Shown here piece after piece: positions 41,301 through 45,272 of a stretch of DNA of 64,000 nucleotides. The notes beneath the pieces are model-generated. The model was not told the origin of the DNA. It worked only from the letters and a program-made list of their open reading frames with translations, and did no database searches. This DNA is from Cyanophora paradoxa CCMP329 (taxonomy: Eukaryota > Plantae > Glaucophyta). A program made the translations under genes and the position numbers. The DNA is taken from contig QPMI01000457.1 of the NCBI GenBank assembly GCA_004431415.1, positions 124,001 to 188,000 of the forward strand, in the 5' to 3' direction. Every line of letters starts with the position of its first letter. Positions within the stretch are counted from its first letter, which is position 1.

Positions 41301-44007
41301 ACCGCCGCCTCGGCGCCTGTACACGTCGGTCCGCGAGGCGCACCAAGTGCTCGACTTGCGATGCGAGCTCACAGCGCTCAATCGCAGAGCACGGGCAGCC
41401 GGCTGCTGCGGGATCGATTCCGCCTGCTGGCAGTCACAACCTCGCCTCGCGGCGCGGCTGCAATCGCTGCACGGACAAGCAGCTGCAAGCGGCGGCCGGT
41501 GCGAACGTCTGGGGCTGCGACTACTGCGGCGAGCACTACGTCGGCTACCAATGTGTGGTTTCCGGTACTAGATGGCCACGTCCACTTCATCCCCCAGCAG
41601 TACACTCGGGAGTACGTGATCACGGCCAAGGACGAGAAGACCCAGGCGCTTGACGCCCTCTACGACGCATTCCGGTGGGCACTTTCCACCCCTCTCCCGC
41701 GTCTGTTTGCTTTCGTGTGCCCACCGCCGTCCCTGCAGGAACGGCACGGCCACTCTGCAGTCCGGCCCAAGTCCTGCCTGGTGATGCCGGCCCACCTGCC
41801 CCGATTGCGGCCCTGCCTGCCCCACAGCTGCCCGAGGACGACGACGAGTGCGTCCCTCTTTCTTGCTCCCGGATGCTCCATCGCTCCTCAATCCCAGCCC
41901 GCAGGGATACGCCAAAGCGCCGCTCGGGTGGCCGCAAGGCCACCGTGATCTCCTCGGACGAGTCCGACAACGCCTCCGCCACCGGGTCTGCCGCCCTCCG
42001 TCTCCTTCCCCGCCCAACCTCCCCCCTCCCCCCCCCCCACCCCCCCCTTCCCCCACCCCTCCTCCCTCTCCTTACCCGCTCTGCCCTCAGGGACGACCCC
42101 ATCGAGGTCTCCTCGGACGAGGAGGGGGCAGCGCCCGAGCTCGACGCCGCCGAGGCGCCGGTCGTGAAGTCGGCCTCCGCCCCAAAGAAGGCCACCGGCA
42201 TGAAGGGCCTCATGGCCCTCGCTGCGCCCCGCCTCCTCGGCACCAAGGCCGCGCGCCTCCTGGGCGCCGGCGTCTCCAAGGGCAAGAAGACCAAGAAGCC
42301 GGCGGCCCCCAAGGCCGCCAAGTCCAAGGACACCAAGGGCGGAAAGAAGACCAAGGCCGTGCAGTGACAGTGCAGTCCCGCACGGGGCTGCCAAACTGCA
42401 GCCCCCCCGCCCATTTTGTGCGAGTCTTGTGCGCGCTGTGAATGCCAAGCCACTGCAGTGCAACAGTCCCGTTCACATGATTAAATTCCCTTCCCCGGAC
42501 CCAACTGACGCGCGCGGCAAGTCAGTGGCTCTTTTTTTTTTGATGCATACCTTAGATGCGGACAGAGAATAAACTGGCTTAGTGTGCCCTGATATGCTTT
42601 GCGCAATCTCGAGAGGGCTGGTCGTCCAGAGATACGTAACAAAATCGTCGCAGCCGGTCAAGAGCTGCCCGTTCTGTTTGAGTGCTAAATGAGAGGGGCC
42701 AGACGAAATTTACATTTGCCCATAAACGGGAATCCAGCAGCATATAGTTACCGCCAAAAAAGCGAGACTTGCAACTTTAGCTTTGCCTGGAACTTGGCCT
42801 CTTTGGACGCGGCTAGCTGGAGTAGCTATAGAGCCCGGTTTTAAATCGATATCCGCAACAAGCAACACAGCTGCAAGACCCTCCTTGTCAGAGCAGCACG
42901 AGCAGGCAACGGAAAATGTCGCGGCGTCGTCGGAGTTCTGATTGATCATGACTTGAGGTGGCGAATATGTAGAACGCGGATGCACTTGTTTCACCTCGTT
43001 TACGGCGACATGCTCGAACTTGCGCGTGCATTCGAGCTCGGCGCCGACATCGATATCTTGCTGAGCGCACTTTCGAATGCCGTACGGGTCGGCCAGCGAC
43101 CACAATTCGAGGGCAAGACCGCCTTCGGCGCGATTTCGAATGACCAGCGCGAGCCCGTCAGAATTGTGGGCCTGGCATAACCGATTATCGGTCTGCAGCC
43201 GGGGCAGTGACATAAATATGCGGGGGCGGGGCGCTCACCTTTTCCAGAGCTTCACAATCGCAGAGCGTCAAGCGGCGGATCGATTCGGAGCCTTCGCCGA
43301 GCCGGGCGACCTCGAACCCCAGCTCTATCGACCAGATTCGAATCGAGCCGTCCGAGCTGGCGGAGACGATCTGCCTCTGCTTCTGCAGGCAACGTAAATT
43401 GAAAACCTCGACCGTCGGACCGCAGAAGACGGGCTTGCCTGCATGAGCTGGACATCGACGACATCGCCAGTGTGGCCCTTGAACTCGACGACGCGCTCCA
43501 CTCTCCAATCGCTCGGCCATCTCAAGAGCAGGTCCGACGCCCGCCAGCAAAGGCAAATGATTGAGCGGCTCTCACATTCGAAGTCTGCATGTGCACAGAA
43601 CGCGACGAGCACAGGCTCGGCCCGCGCATCGACGTCGCTGATCATGAGCCTTGCCACTGGCAGCTTCTGCGGATTCGAGCTCGGTGATCATGATCGATAT
43701 CATGATCCGGCTTAAATGTGTACATGTATGAACTTCGGAATGTACGCACGAACACGGCGGGGTCCACATCCGCGACACAATTAAGCAGAGCAAGCCTCCC
43801 TCCAGCGCTCGCCCAGTCGTGCGTCGAGGAAGCTGGGAGCCGATCTTGCAAAGTGATAATTTCGTCGCCAGTCGAAGCGAACAGGGTCCTGTGGCTAGCT
43901 GCCAGCTCTCGGATCACACCACGCTCAAGCTCCGAATCCGCGGTCGACTGAACGCGCAGCCTTGGGCGGAGCATTTGATGATCTTGCGTGCGTATATGAA
44001 TACGCAC
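11328..44007 (-). CDS. Host WD40-repeat protein with C-terminal multi-pass transmembrane region, split by two element-filled introns (ends approximate)
   Basis: WD40 exons: FKGHTGDVVDV/IVSASSDGSIRIWS (43250-43520), ISGHTKPVYSL (42550-42660), FLSASEDQTCRVWA (40100-40281), exon 39831-40013, resuming below ~13829 (LVCGTSTG, LCCGSTDGKVSI). Hydrophobic TM segments at 11328-12330. Splice donors and acceptors are visible at the breaks. Confidence 0.6.
14287..14468 (+). repeat. Left terminal inverted repeat (182 bp)
   Basis: TGTTGTAAAGGGGAGGACC...CAAGTGTA is the reverse complement of 38265-38446, with 2 mismatches. Confidence 0.95.
14690..16107 (-). CDS. Intron-containing, degenerate CRESS-DNA-virus-like Rep (HUH endonuclease + SF3 helicase fold)
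   Basis: Spliced reading: RHFFTF (motif I-like), YIIK|GYI..KKSLNFMKLML (motif II-like), GFWDNYNGERTIIIPRFEGDI (WDGY/Walker B-like), LPQLY..EVYIFTN (motif C). GT-AG introns at 15801-15870 and 15547-15596; a further acceptor at 15094. The middle exon structure is unresolved. Confidence 0.6.
17046..17380. repeat. Iteron-like direct/inverted repeat array
   Basis: CAGGGCATCGAATGCCCAGAGGTTGTTGAAAGAATAT x3 (46/37/~47-bp periods) plus a partial fourth copy; inverted AACCTCTGGGCAT at ~17216 and ~17368; 46-bp tandem duplication at 17243-17334. Confidence 0.85.
17549..17868. repeat. TTCCCCAAYTTAC x3 and a ~100-107-bp tandem duplication upstream of pPolB (candidate promoter/enhancer)
   Basis: TTTTGATTGGTCGCAACCGTTTCACTAAGCGATTCACGAAATATGTA... 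occurs at 17662 and again at 17769, each with a reverse CCAAT box. Confidence 0.75.
18150..22634 (+). CDS. Protein-primed family B DNA polymerase (terminal-protein region, vOTU-like protease, Zn-finger, exonuclease, polymerase) in frame with an rve/c-integrase
   Basis: ExoI ADFET, ExoII YNGSGFDY, ExoIII YVEDDV, YGGR, motif A DVVSLYP, motif B KIYMNGLYGK, motif C YTDTDS, KLY, AKG. From M at 21447: YYDP, EVDLID, QTDQE, NGKIERFNGTLK, YNSSEHRSIG, FKVGDRVR. Confidence 0.93.
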   Translation: MASTAALKAELRNLATELYDRGYVHGTFRNKLMRLADASSGTWGRTIRKYIATLLRLRSTIRPARRLYEGQLAGHFGAIAAARANAVQAEEAILEDVPNIFQDVEEIPVPRDLDGVLSHRHHRYPNLLFDKHVYAIEPSFDPESVKNLTIDILGQLGVAEMIGRFVIIRFRFDNNHMYTTQLIQIRQNGLQTLTESLDERIAQWMSAQMSYQEDDIWVVILIEVLIADNAAGALGNVPKLPFYHRTVDKLYCPMSPANDCVLECFEYVKLDPRGLSLKTVIEKLAKAPYASIRERLGLGKGMISLDRSTVEAICGIYSIDATVTEWANTKFKELFRTQFDYSKRAILCNIDGHCYLIKKEATLGLERCPCCGKMFDLATHVEQCTFCNNCKRAYDPRKDHSSECQEMTRRQNVIGRQIKPCKPETEFTALDSVVCADFETFAANGKTHVPYAVSYCMIEKGEVSPCELIYGEQTLDLFMRWLERRSEKTTLVFYNGSGFDYIFVYKWLVLNRPNTALNVLRSNGKIKNMSWKTAAGGPISTFDPCLHIQASLKQACKDYGCTNVKGDFDHSKIKTWEDVERFKSEWEPYVEDDVKAMTELYIKYSTAVFDLYGLNVNTTQTTTASAMAFQIHRQTLINPISLPTYKDDQVLRQAIYGGRCLPFKRKFVSSGPDDYLVDLDVVSLYPTAMYENWFPTGKYKHITSPDALDRFCKILQSNQRSLMFIACVDVTIPQNLLLSPLPRHESNLGWSNLKPIERGWYTSVDINRAIKLGCEVTKVREVYLFDGKDQMFKTYMERMYCQKARSRKGTAPYATSKIYMNGLYGKYCQRPVITTSDLVTSYKRFREIQRSAQITDISIESDTRMFVTYEIEESKRDRAVTKPCFIGAFILSYSREIMDRFLIEIGAYWSIDAMPFYTDTDSLIVHRKYADLLRAKGYMKPAYDIATATDADICRQELGKLDCDIKGRIVEAYFIGPKLYTCSFVRDSDAQLDLHVRAKGIPQSWIQEHWLPDEPEERKGALDRRIALDAYRCMLEDPTYQPKCTIESKLARVYKPNGRQRESGISFSSMIQIPFARQLNKSQYTKRKIISDEYYSSVPMSTAQASRIKQAYYDPETGFQSAARIAKRLNLPLSRVQDVLSKLTTAQRFAKPVKEKPSTSIIYGEPEKYYEVDLIDVTPYARTNRGITFIMNGIDVTTRKAYSIPMKTKSESTLLASLKKLIDALPSKPDVIQTDQEFKGTAATMLASMGIKHNAVEAHRPQANGKIERFNGTLKRIIAKYMDAYDTDRYIDKLPAFLRNYNSSEHRSIGTSPNAAAENPKETIARNDYQREAYEQQHYFAQAEFKVGDRVRVQLERQRFDKSSKPTYSKEIYTITEIGGFGPLLKFTLSGYDKAVTYQRLLKVAADSEERRAGNAAQRAQQRRKKEINLMQENLDKSDIERARKLERLQKQLLTAGKEKLNPGGATQRWYSSFQNKTAAYSAPGNTRTLRPRA
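22701..22976 (-). CDS. Small basic putative DNA-binding protein
   Basis: 91 aa; AT-hook-like KRPGRKP and an Arg/Tyr-rich helix. Confidence 0.55.
   Translation of the reverse strand: MDAESSPKRPGRKPIVVTPEIAAARKAKRAESHRRRYNEDPDYRRRHIEASLKYQRNNSEGHLEANRRYRNRIYEKLALLESLQQTIVIAL
23088..23384 (+). CDS. Small FGKY/H-motif protein (DUF3820/ExoX C-terminal-like)
   Basis: N-terminal IRFGKYRG...DPKYAEWL signature. Confidence 0.6.
   Translation: MPATIRFGKYRGETHLEVVYRDPKYAEWLISWPHLRPYDKQKLERAFEMCRTIEGSELRKMIDFAKQQRRPTVEADGLGELITVESADHPELPSFESL
23332..23964 (-). CDS. Hypothetical viral coiled-coil protein
   Basis: 210-aa ATG ORF directly downstream of the ATPase; basic N-terminus MPRGVPRKG; central coiled coil. 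Confidence 0.55.
   Translation of the reverse strand: MPRGVPRKGYRERRVLAEPNAPLIESGSTEGAAVADPSGELASDPRLNAPVAKTIASAAANASATDDRHGQVKTVSEMQSDIDDDASRILQAMASEPRYSGPKIKTATVSKSQIEELTAKLRDLEARSANIESYVKEKQERAKIREMLRSEMFKHRPMDVPDLRYLKIEKEKASQVLDDAAVKPATPYVSESNTTSSQMKGALGGRRIRL
23974..24717 (-). CDS. A32-like FtsK/HerA genome-packaging ATPase
   Basis: Walker A SKSNSGKS, Walker B LLVLDD, LFTQGRHFNIS..LMTQ, IRSNSDY. Confidence 0.92.
   Translation of the reverse strand: MDQSQELAQFQPGDMRVPFKALFISKSNSGKSFYCTKHLLRLLYPKINRVVVFTATKFNGEYSAITKELYDDFQPAIVAEIIDSQRKLIENKEKAPQILLVLDDLVAASETVDLRNSKAVNRLFTQGRHFNISTILMTQKLTALSQSIRSNSDYCFFFSYSNHTELEAIYREFSHLPKDKFIALFETWAHDYQCLVLDGTKYDTAWYVDKAVEDKSFRFTKWLRQEEPKKENSTPVHPKKKRFKILP
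24780..26167 (-). pseudogene. Double jelly-roll major capsid protein (~462 aa) interrupted by a 1-nt frameshift at ~25812-25814 (true lesion or sequencing error)
   Basis: The N-part FGKRVTYFLPR..LQFTLPEL..VGALVKRIEI joins in the adjacent frame to PEDWLVHS...VKIPCPW..LPIGALSGEVSVEVWFR...LNGQRLY...TGFVDLTN. It is adjacent to the ATPase and penton genes. Confidence 0.8.
26243..27199 (-). CDS. Minor capsid (penton) protein 1
   Basis: FKVRLPKVYQDVKAVRLVSAEIPN, IPPGNY, C-terminal IEIYD..DLNG.PVSFILEI; this pattern is typical of NCLDV/PLV single jelly-roll pentons. Confidence 0.8.
   Translation of the reverse strand: MPTDYVCIASHQAEELTSTSKFKVRLPKVYQDVKAVRLVSAEIPNTMSTIDVLDPAEDLVFDTYIYWCKYDPTNEGPDPPQAGFGAWNNIAIPPGNYDVTSLVTEINERLTGTGITCTYNSAIKLIGFTANFEFFIALMLPTNQGGREVRNYQAVARAQRTAKLLGLRSILPIRSKTLSINTEYIAGAYEPDVTPDDHVLLRIPEIGDLVSMPNTSIPGFFSKLSIPSVLRPGEIAYYDSTEAHPLYKYIYSKLDLYSVTIEIYDFMQRIADLNGGPVSFILEIRYGPDEPNGDVVYELAKLQLQKRSKTYPWINSSN
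27227..28117 (+). CDS. Minor capsid (penton) protein 2
   Basis: N-terminal FDSRDR..NF.L.INEPI, YLFL.CEEL, C-terminal L.LHIVDRDG..V.LNG..WS.EL.F. Confidence 0.75.
   Translation: MRLTFDSRDRRPIDSEANFVLEINEPIINPVAVRLTQCEFANSLYTSIKDEYLSITFPYIGTENLAVFEPGIITTANLGETDMYNFGLSFKFEVEGIVIAYFKLFRDPETLKMSAYCNRSCTLTCQFKALSNLLGLNRNEPLQLSPIVLEGPQRPVTAAERYLEVAGIPVTPAHPDYGIDFTERMRSEPLGYAVEFPKIIDMNSDQYLFLVCEELRPFASKLRRGAKTMCNYGLARIQMSQDVGKFVYINQEHDGEWIPIEERLVLTSLRLHIVDRDGDDVSLNGLPWSGELQFLV
28109..29593 (-). CDS. Patatin-like phospholipase with C-terminal discoidin/F5-8-like domain
   Basis: LSLSGGGARG, GTSTG (catalytic Ser), ASSAAPTFF, VDGA..NNP; C-terminal PWIKVEFPKPFELHQI. Confidence 0.9.
   Translation of the reverse strand: MKVILSLSGGGARGIIITRILQRIEAITGKAIPQLFDFVAGTSTGAIIAAGLAIPSTPGSVLAYRYSAGDILSLYQTNLPVIFANPRSLTSLLAGSRYDANPLESVLLDVAQDYTIAESTKDILITAFDTVRMQPVVFTKDGPYSSTLIRDAVRASSAAPTFFPPKVLGDKNLVDGAIACLNNPSVAALSHASKIYDAEDPIVLVSISCGEVQASDQLTAGFSNAETSGWGALGWILSLSGSPIISMLMAGSELESHFQMQELLPIDADRSLTRYWRLSVPLPAAVMSKLDDASPSNISYLISTTDLWLKQTEISAKINALCSFLLANYDLLNDERLIISSTLTVEPPFDVNWFIIPDANITSNDFEELHPPSHVRPNSTGFQGGTLPNPWIKVEFPKPFELHQIIMYGPAFAAGVLFNFSILTNLGYVQDGRLFENTVLANVLAAKPSMTGFDLMHSDSHLITPQVYNYVQIITNEFINVNAFRLDFRGRYLN
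29618..32791 (+). CDS. Phage-tail-fibre-like virion protein (1057 aa)
   Basis: FPPEDHRHDWDDIDNKP repeats, YLPLTGGT, FSGxYNDLxNKP, HTHTKAEITD repeats, and a C-terminal F.NAFASPPVVTAT tip domain. Confidence 0.8.
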   Translation: MSYILKKPVPLRKAPDTVDDRLINIRVFGSTLIDYNSDKDIHQTAFNRPAALILRNSHVGAPNIAQRFCLGPAENYVAEIVGSRALPRHLHIASSGTVSKYDSGRLIFRLQNDRGIHISALRLIDESNAITNKTAAQITGRILLGEDAGISVLSSQIQPFPWDLLYTAARETNILYGFDVNQIDTEPATRLDIPGCTFGSILIEADRHLLPALHDSYDLGLRTRQWRNIHGTNIYQDGKKVITEPEIINIFNYYFGPIVPIPPIPPLPGLPKPNPEGPGRERVADETIPFGQNIISWEAVRNRPVIEPYKHPHEEYLPPDIEVFPLEMYTEPEEQLIPDGLDVQELEYEQPVIPHEQLLPDGFDPIFFPLEFTVDWESINNKPEHFPPEEHRHDWDEIDNKPLQFPPEDHRHDWDDIDNKPPKFPPEDHRHDWGDLDNVPLEFPPEDHRHIWSEIDEQPEFAKIELPVTLAVSLYKSINTPERLYLNEHYVHRQGIRANTDMSGSLFVRIPRGMEIVAAGGNIGLQDTFPSIYVTNYYASDIEMTSVLPPLPSLPLDPLSHADFHSAIQINVTDVSDLDSSRPKLVFSRERLLPNALIGNRDDYKKCEIAWIKTNYNGGVGEGILEINQRAAAKNIHNETISRVVTEDYLQAQNYVDETELALVIAGLAVTGNYLPLTGGTIDGTVTADNFFVHTESDQTFPVVHPGAEYEIPIDPAIMPIKIDLPSDYVGRGELKLISFTGDYNDLLNKPTAENLHPVAYSGNFLHLNNRAHTHTKAEITDFAHTHTKSQITDFAHTHTRADITNFAHTHVKSEITDLGNVAYVGHTHTKAEITDLGNVSYVGHTHDWNTDIYNKPALFSGNYNDLTNRPTLDPFTATTIRANNTMYVGSGQIVEPAGPMFEETWFFHNSQNYFDKTLLVRGNAYARNFYAMNPSNNATISRCITEADLSSQLNAYFNGKIQAGKYVYTTPVLDYNNLYVFNLTIYFTNAFASPPVVTATVRHEGQDPNYQLTPVVFTVNLLNVYSNYFTCELFTDPYAMLNSSKTVTIHYIAVAI
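32811..33872 (+). CDS. Fibre paralogue A: shared N-terminal module + C1q-like tip
   Basis: H.V.D..PG..CTE...KEIRCDRNGGK.RTT module; FTAPVAGVYRVFF and LTLNMGDNV C1q-like motifs. Confidence 0.75.
   Translation: MTSLLEIPNYELAAKSLHSPSHGVVDSTPGYICTETSNNTSFTENNILRVKEIRCDRNGGKIRTTGIIISNKNQVQAGQVVPDSAVYDNVGGFSTAQIVTFDNTINNSALVVRSGGAYIGDGAIVVGTVTANQLTVNGTSVFTQLMTISSGLLGNIIYGTLQAFLRVQAPEIGSGTDSNMSYKRNGNAIVTLEKTTVAEIEINSFTLSPTCYLKRTYCPRFCVTKLLPNQAASSSSWSSGVRITFTVPNFATYYVNNEGNWNDSYIFTAPVAGVYRVFFTALRIDTQTSYVTILKLSINGIASDYEFQCSLTGQMAITYETLLTLNMGDNVGVLNSTGVTITISTRCYLGAIS
33906..34931 (+). CDS. Fibre paralogue B: shared N-terminal module + C1q-like tip
   Basis: Same N-module as paralogue A; FNTGNGRYTAPVAGHY and LNLAAGEYV. 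Confidence 0.78.
   Translation: MATQIAVPVFCYAAPKIHQLNHTVTDATPGFICTETTGADSFSQNSLIRCKEIRCDRNGGKVRTTGLIVSNKNQVQSGQIVSDSAIYDDVGGFTTPKIVTFDNTSNNSALVVKSGGAYIGDGARIDGNLTAEQLTVTGTTTFNNLVTANGGVYVPGAQQSIVTATTKIVTPEVDTGSSSNLLLKRNSNLMATLEANSLTLNTGCYFKYDFQPRFCAQLGYTHVASSAAPLINWTTVFIDNRGAFNTGNGRYTAPVAGHYRLTVNSSSTSSTAVSLTLQVNDTNPGGLTIFTSGTSTTIAAKPLYINVILNLAAGEYVTIVTGTAGSYASRTTFTAELLSIT
34954..35220 (+). CDS. Small phage-like fibre-associated protein
   Basis: 88 aa; LSDTEKLGMEY.AASVQDWIDN..HNRARIAIDEI resembles, from memory, small ORFs that follow C1q fibre genes in marine phages. Confidence 0.55.
   Translation: MSNIYQVVLSDTEKLGMEYCAASVQDWIDNVVHNRARIAIDEIVQKEIQSCISSGVQIPTSKEAIVSQAFQRGTVKKGIEYNNVTEEQ
35269..36117 (+). 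CDS. Fibre paralogue C: shared N-terminal module + non-C1q C-terminal domain
   Basis: HEVSDAIAG..STE...RCKELRADKNSGVVKTT; ALTVRSGG; C-terminus homologous to paralogue D. Confidence 0.7.
   Translation: MTEYNRVQLPIYSLGSPAIHMRQHEVSDAIAGLESTERPNSTNAFDQRSVIRCKELRADKNSGVVKTTRLLVTNANFSQPITGGVDSYSVDLRSINYDQNTAALTVRSGGAAITGACRVSGGLSSSIAINDVPDFSLENVENRKRVRMYLPCCDLPYAQALVEVEITIANSSTPNGLDGERLLSNREIPKALQSLCQDQNDQIGHVYTFFVQGLGHAGRGYVVRNINSRHLFDLYATAIGRYSILIIGYRSDVAASVATRGLNPDPALNNMYEEGNPENPIP
36147..36980 (+). CDS. Fibre paralogue D: shared N-terminal module + non-C1q C-terminal domain
   Basis: HAVSDDVPG..STE...EVRCDKNNGVVKTT; CRSGGAYIG; shares R.R.Y.P...LPY and AT..G.Y.I....R.D with paralogue C. Confidence 0.7.
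   Translation: MEAVERIVVPSLTLAAPANHVLQHAVSDDVPGLQSTEQQPTLNTFRDNHIIRLGEVRCDKNNGVVKTTNLVVTNANFNAHYGDPDSYDDANKVHTFTYESRLGAVTCRSGGAYIGDGLRVGGAACAPIFVNDQPNPENTNERIRTYVPGMNLPYIIKVFTLNINEQTSIVDNVQPLGIHFKSVVDIPPDIYFLCRRNDALRPNIAVLINPIDNFGVAFHSTPVGVEDYQFIVRATLMGAYKIILFAERTDVIANGVKYGETFNSNRYFPIGGADPNP
37011..37343 (+). CDS. Small viral protein with CSCC motif and Ser/Pro-rich tail
   Basis: ATG ORF after TATATATA; KLKCSCC; SP/TP-rich region; KRKK. Confidence 0.5.
   Translation: MDLLRKCMEMFHLNVTSKLKCSCCETTINLEISDTEGSRTPDTQLSPNNTPGTSRSNSPFTRSDSPVPWLDSDNRRSSWPPPNIPKPLKRKKSLLSSFRKEKQPAADQVE
37363..37480. repeat. Short tandem repeats GCACTATCAGC x4 and GTCAC repeats
   Basis: Read directly at 37363-37406 and 37449-37478. 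Confidence 0.8.
37663..38073 (+). CDS. Basic coiled-coil hypothetical viral protein
   Basis: K/R/Q-rich ORF before the right TIR; start uncertain. Confidence 0.4.
   Translation: MRHRQAQARYSQTPLGKETRVRSEQKRKQKLSPQRLASKAMSDLSTPRDGMQVDSVDQRNAVAERDLHSLKRKIQHREKKDQKRQKRHEFGAMCKQITDLAYQKLRGLEQMNQSITDIIVACKVRAMSTDPRPAAW
38265..38446 (-). repeat. Right terminal inverted repeat (182 bp)
   Basis: TACACTTG...GGTCCTCCCCTTTACAACA, followed by the TSD CGCGCC. Confidence 0.95.
40325..42530 (+). mobile_element. Non-autonomous Helentron/Helitron2-like insertion inside a WD40-gene intron
   Basis: Sub-terminal IR GGGGAAGGGAA (40328-40338) / TTCCCTTCCCC (42486-42496); 5' hairpin GGGGAAG..CTTCCCC; 3' hairpin ACTGAC..GTCAGT (42504-42526); T-rich flanks. 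Confidence 0.55.
40746..42367 (+). CDS. Multi-Zn-finger protein with Lys-rich tail (spliced; cargo of the insertion)
   Basis: CSQPGC..KCLHCGQHFC..H; repeated VWGCDxCxxH; C-terminal KKTKKPAAPKAAKSK. Confidence 0.5.
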
Positions 44008-45272
44008 TATCTGTAATTAGATGATGTTCGTGGCCGGTCGGGCCCCTGGTTCCGCGCGTGCGGTACGGCGCCGACGCCAGCGGCGGTCGACAGGGGAGGC
44101 GCCCCAGCTTGGCAGCACTGCGGCAGCTGGCGGCCGCAGGACCCTCAGCCTGGCCCGATCGCGGGGGGTCGAGGCATGCGCAGCGAGCTCGATCCTCGAA
44201 ATTGCAGATGCCACGCGCACACGGCGCTAGCGCTGTACAGCCTGTACTAGTGCGCGCGCGCTCGTCCTGCGAATCGGACCGTCGGACTGCTGGCAGTCTG
44301 CAGCTGCTAGCTTCGCTAGCTGGCCCGTGGGGCCCCTATATAGGTCCCTGGCCCTAGCTGCAAGTTAAGCCTGCAACTCAGGCCTGCAGGCGGACTCCTC
44401 CTCAGACTCTCAGAGTCCTGCATGGAGCTGGGCCGCGACTCGGCGACTCTCCGGATTCTGCGCGCGTTACGGATCCCTGGCCATTTCGAATTCGCTCAGC
44501 TAGCGCTAGCGCTCGATCATGATCAGGCTACCGGCGCTCAGATTCTCGCGATCGATCGATATCACGAGATCTAAAATTTCCGAACTCATCGCATGTGCGT
44601 GCTCCTGAACACATGCATATGAATCGACGCCATCAGGGGGCAGCCGGCCGCAGCCCGGACTCCGGGACGGGCCGCCGCCTGCCCGCCGGGCGGCCGGGGG
44701 CCCGGGAGTCCGGGACCGGGCGGCCCGGCCCGGCGGGCCCGGGGTGGCGGGCCGCCGGGCCGGGCCCCGCGCCCCCGGCCCCCCGCCCCGCGGCGGGCCC
44801 ACTCATCATGGCATGATCAGTGAGTCAGTGACTGGCCCAGTGGGCCAGTGGCCCCGGCCCCCGCGGCGCCGGCGCCGGCCGGCCCCTGCCAGGGGCCAGG
44901 GCCCAGAGGCTGGCCCCCATAATATAGGACCATATGCATGCAGGCCCCGGGAATGCAGGCCGGGGCCCTGCCCGCCCGGGATTTCATGGTTTCATGATGA
45001 CATGATCCACAAACGTTAACGGCCGTTGATCGTGAACCTCTCACAAAAGCTACGTATACGTCTGATATCGTAAATTCAAATTTACATTAATTCGCACAGT
45101 CTCTACTACTAGTACTGGACTCTCTAGACACCAGCACTGCGGGGCCCCCCCAGGCCTGCACTGCGGCAGGGGGCACAAAGGACAACAGAAACAAAATAAC
45201 TAGGACAAGCGCACGAAGAACAACAAGACAAAGAGCCTTGCCGACAGAGCTGTAAATGTGCATCATCTAGAT

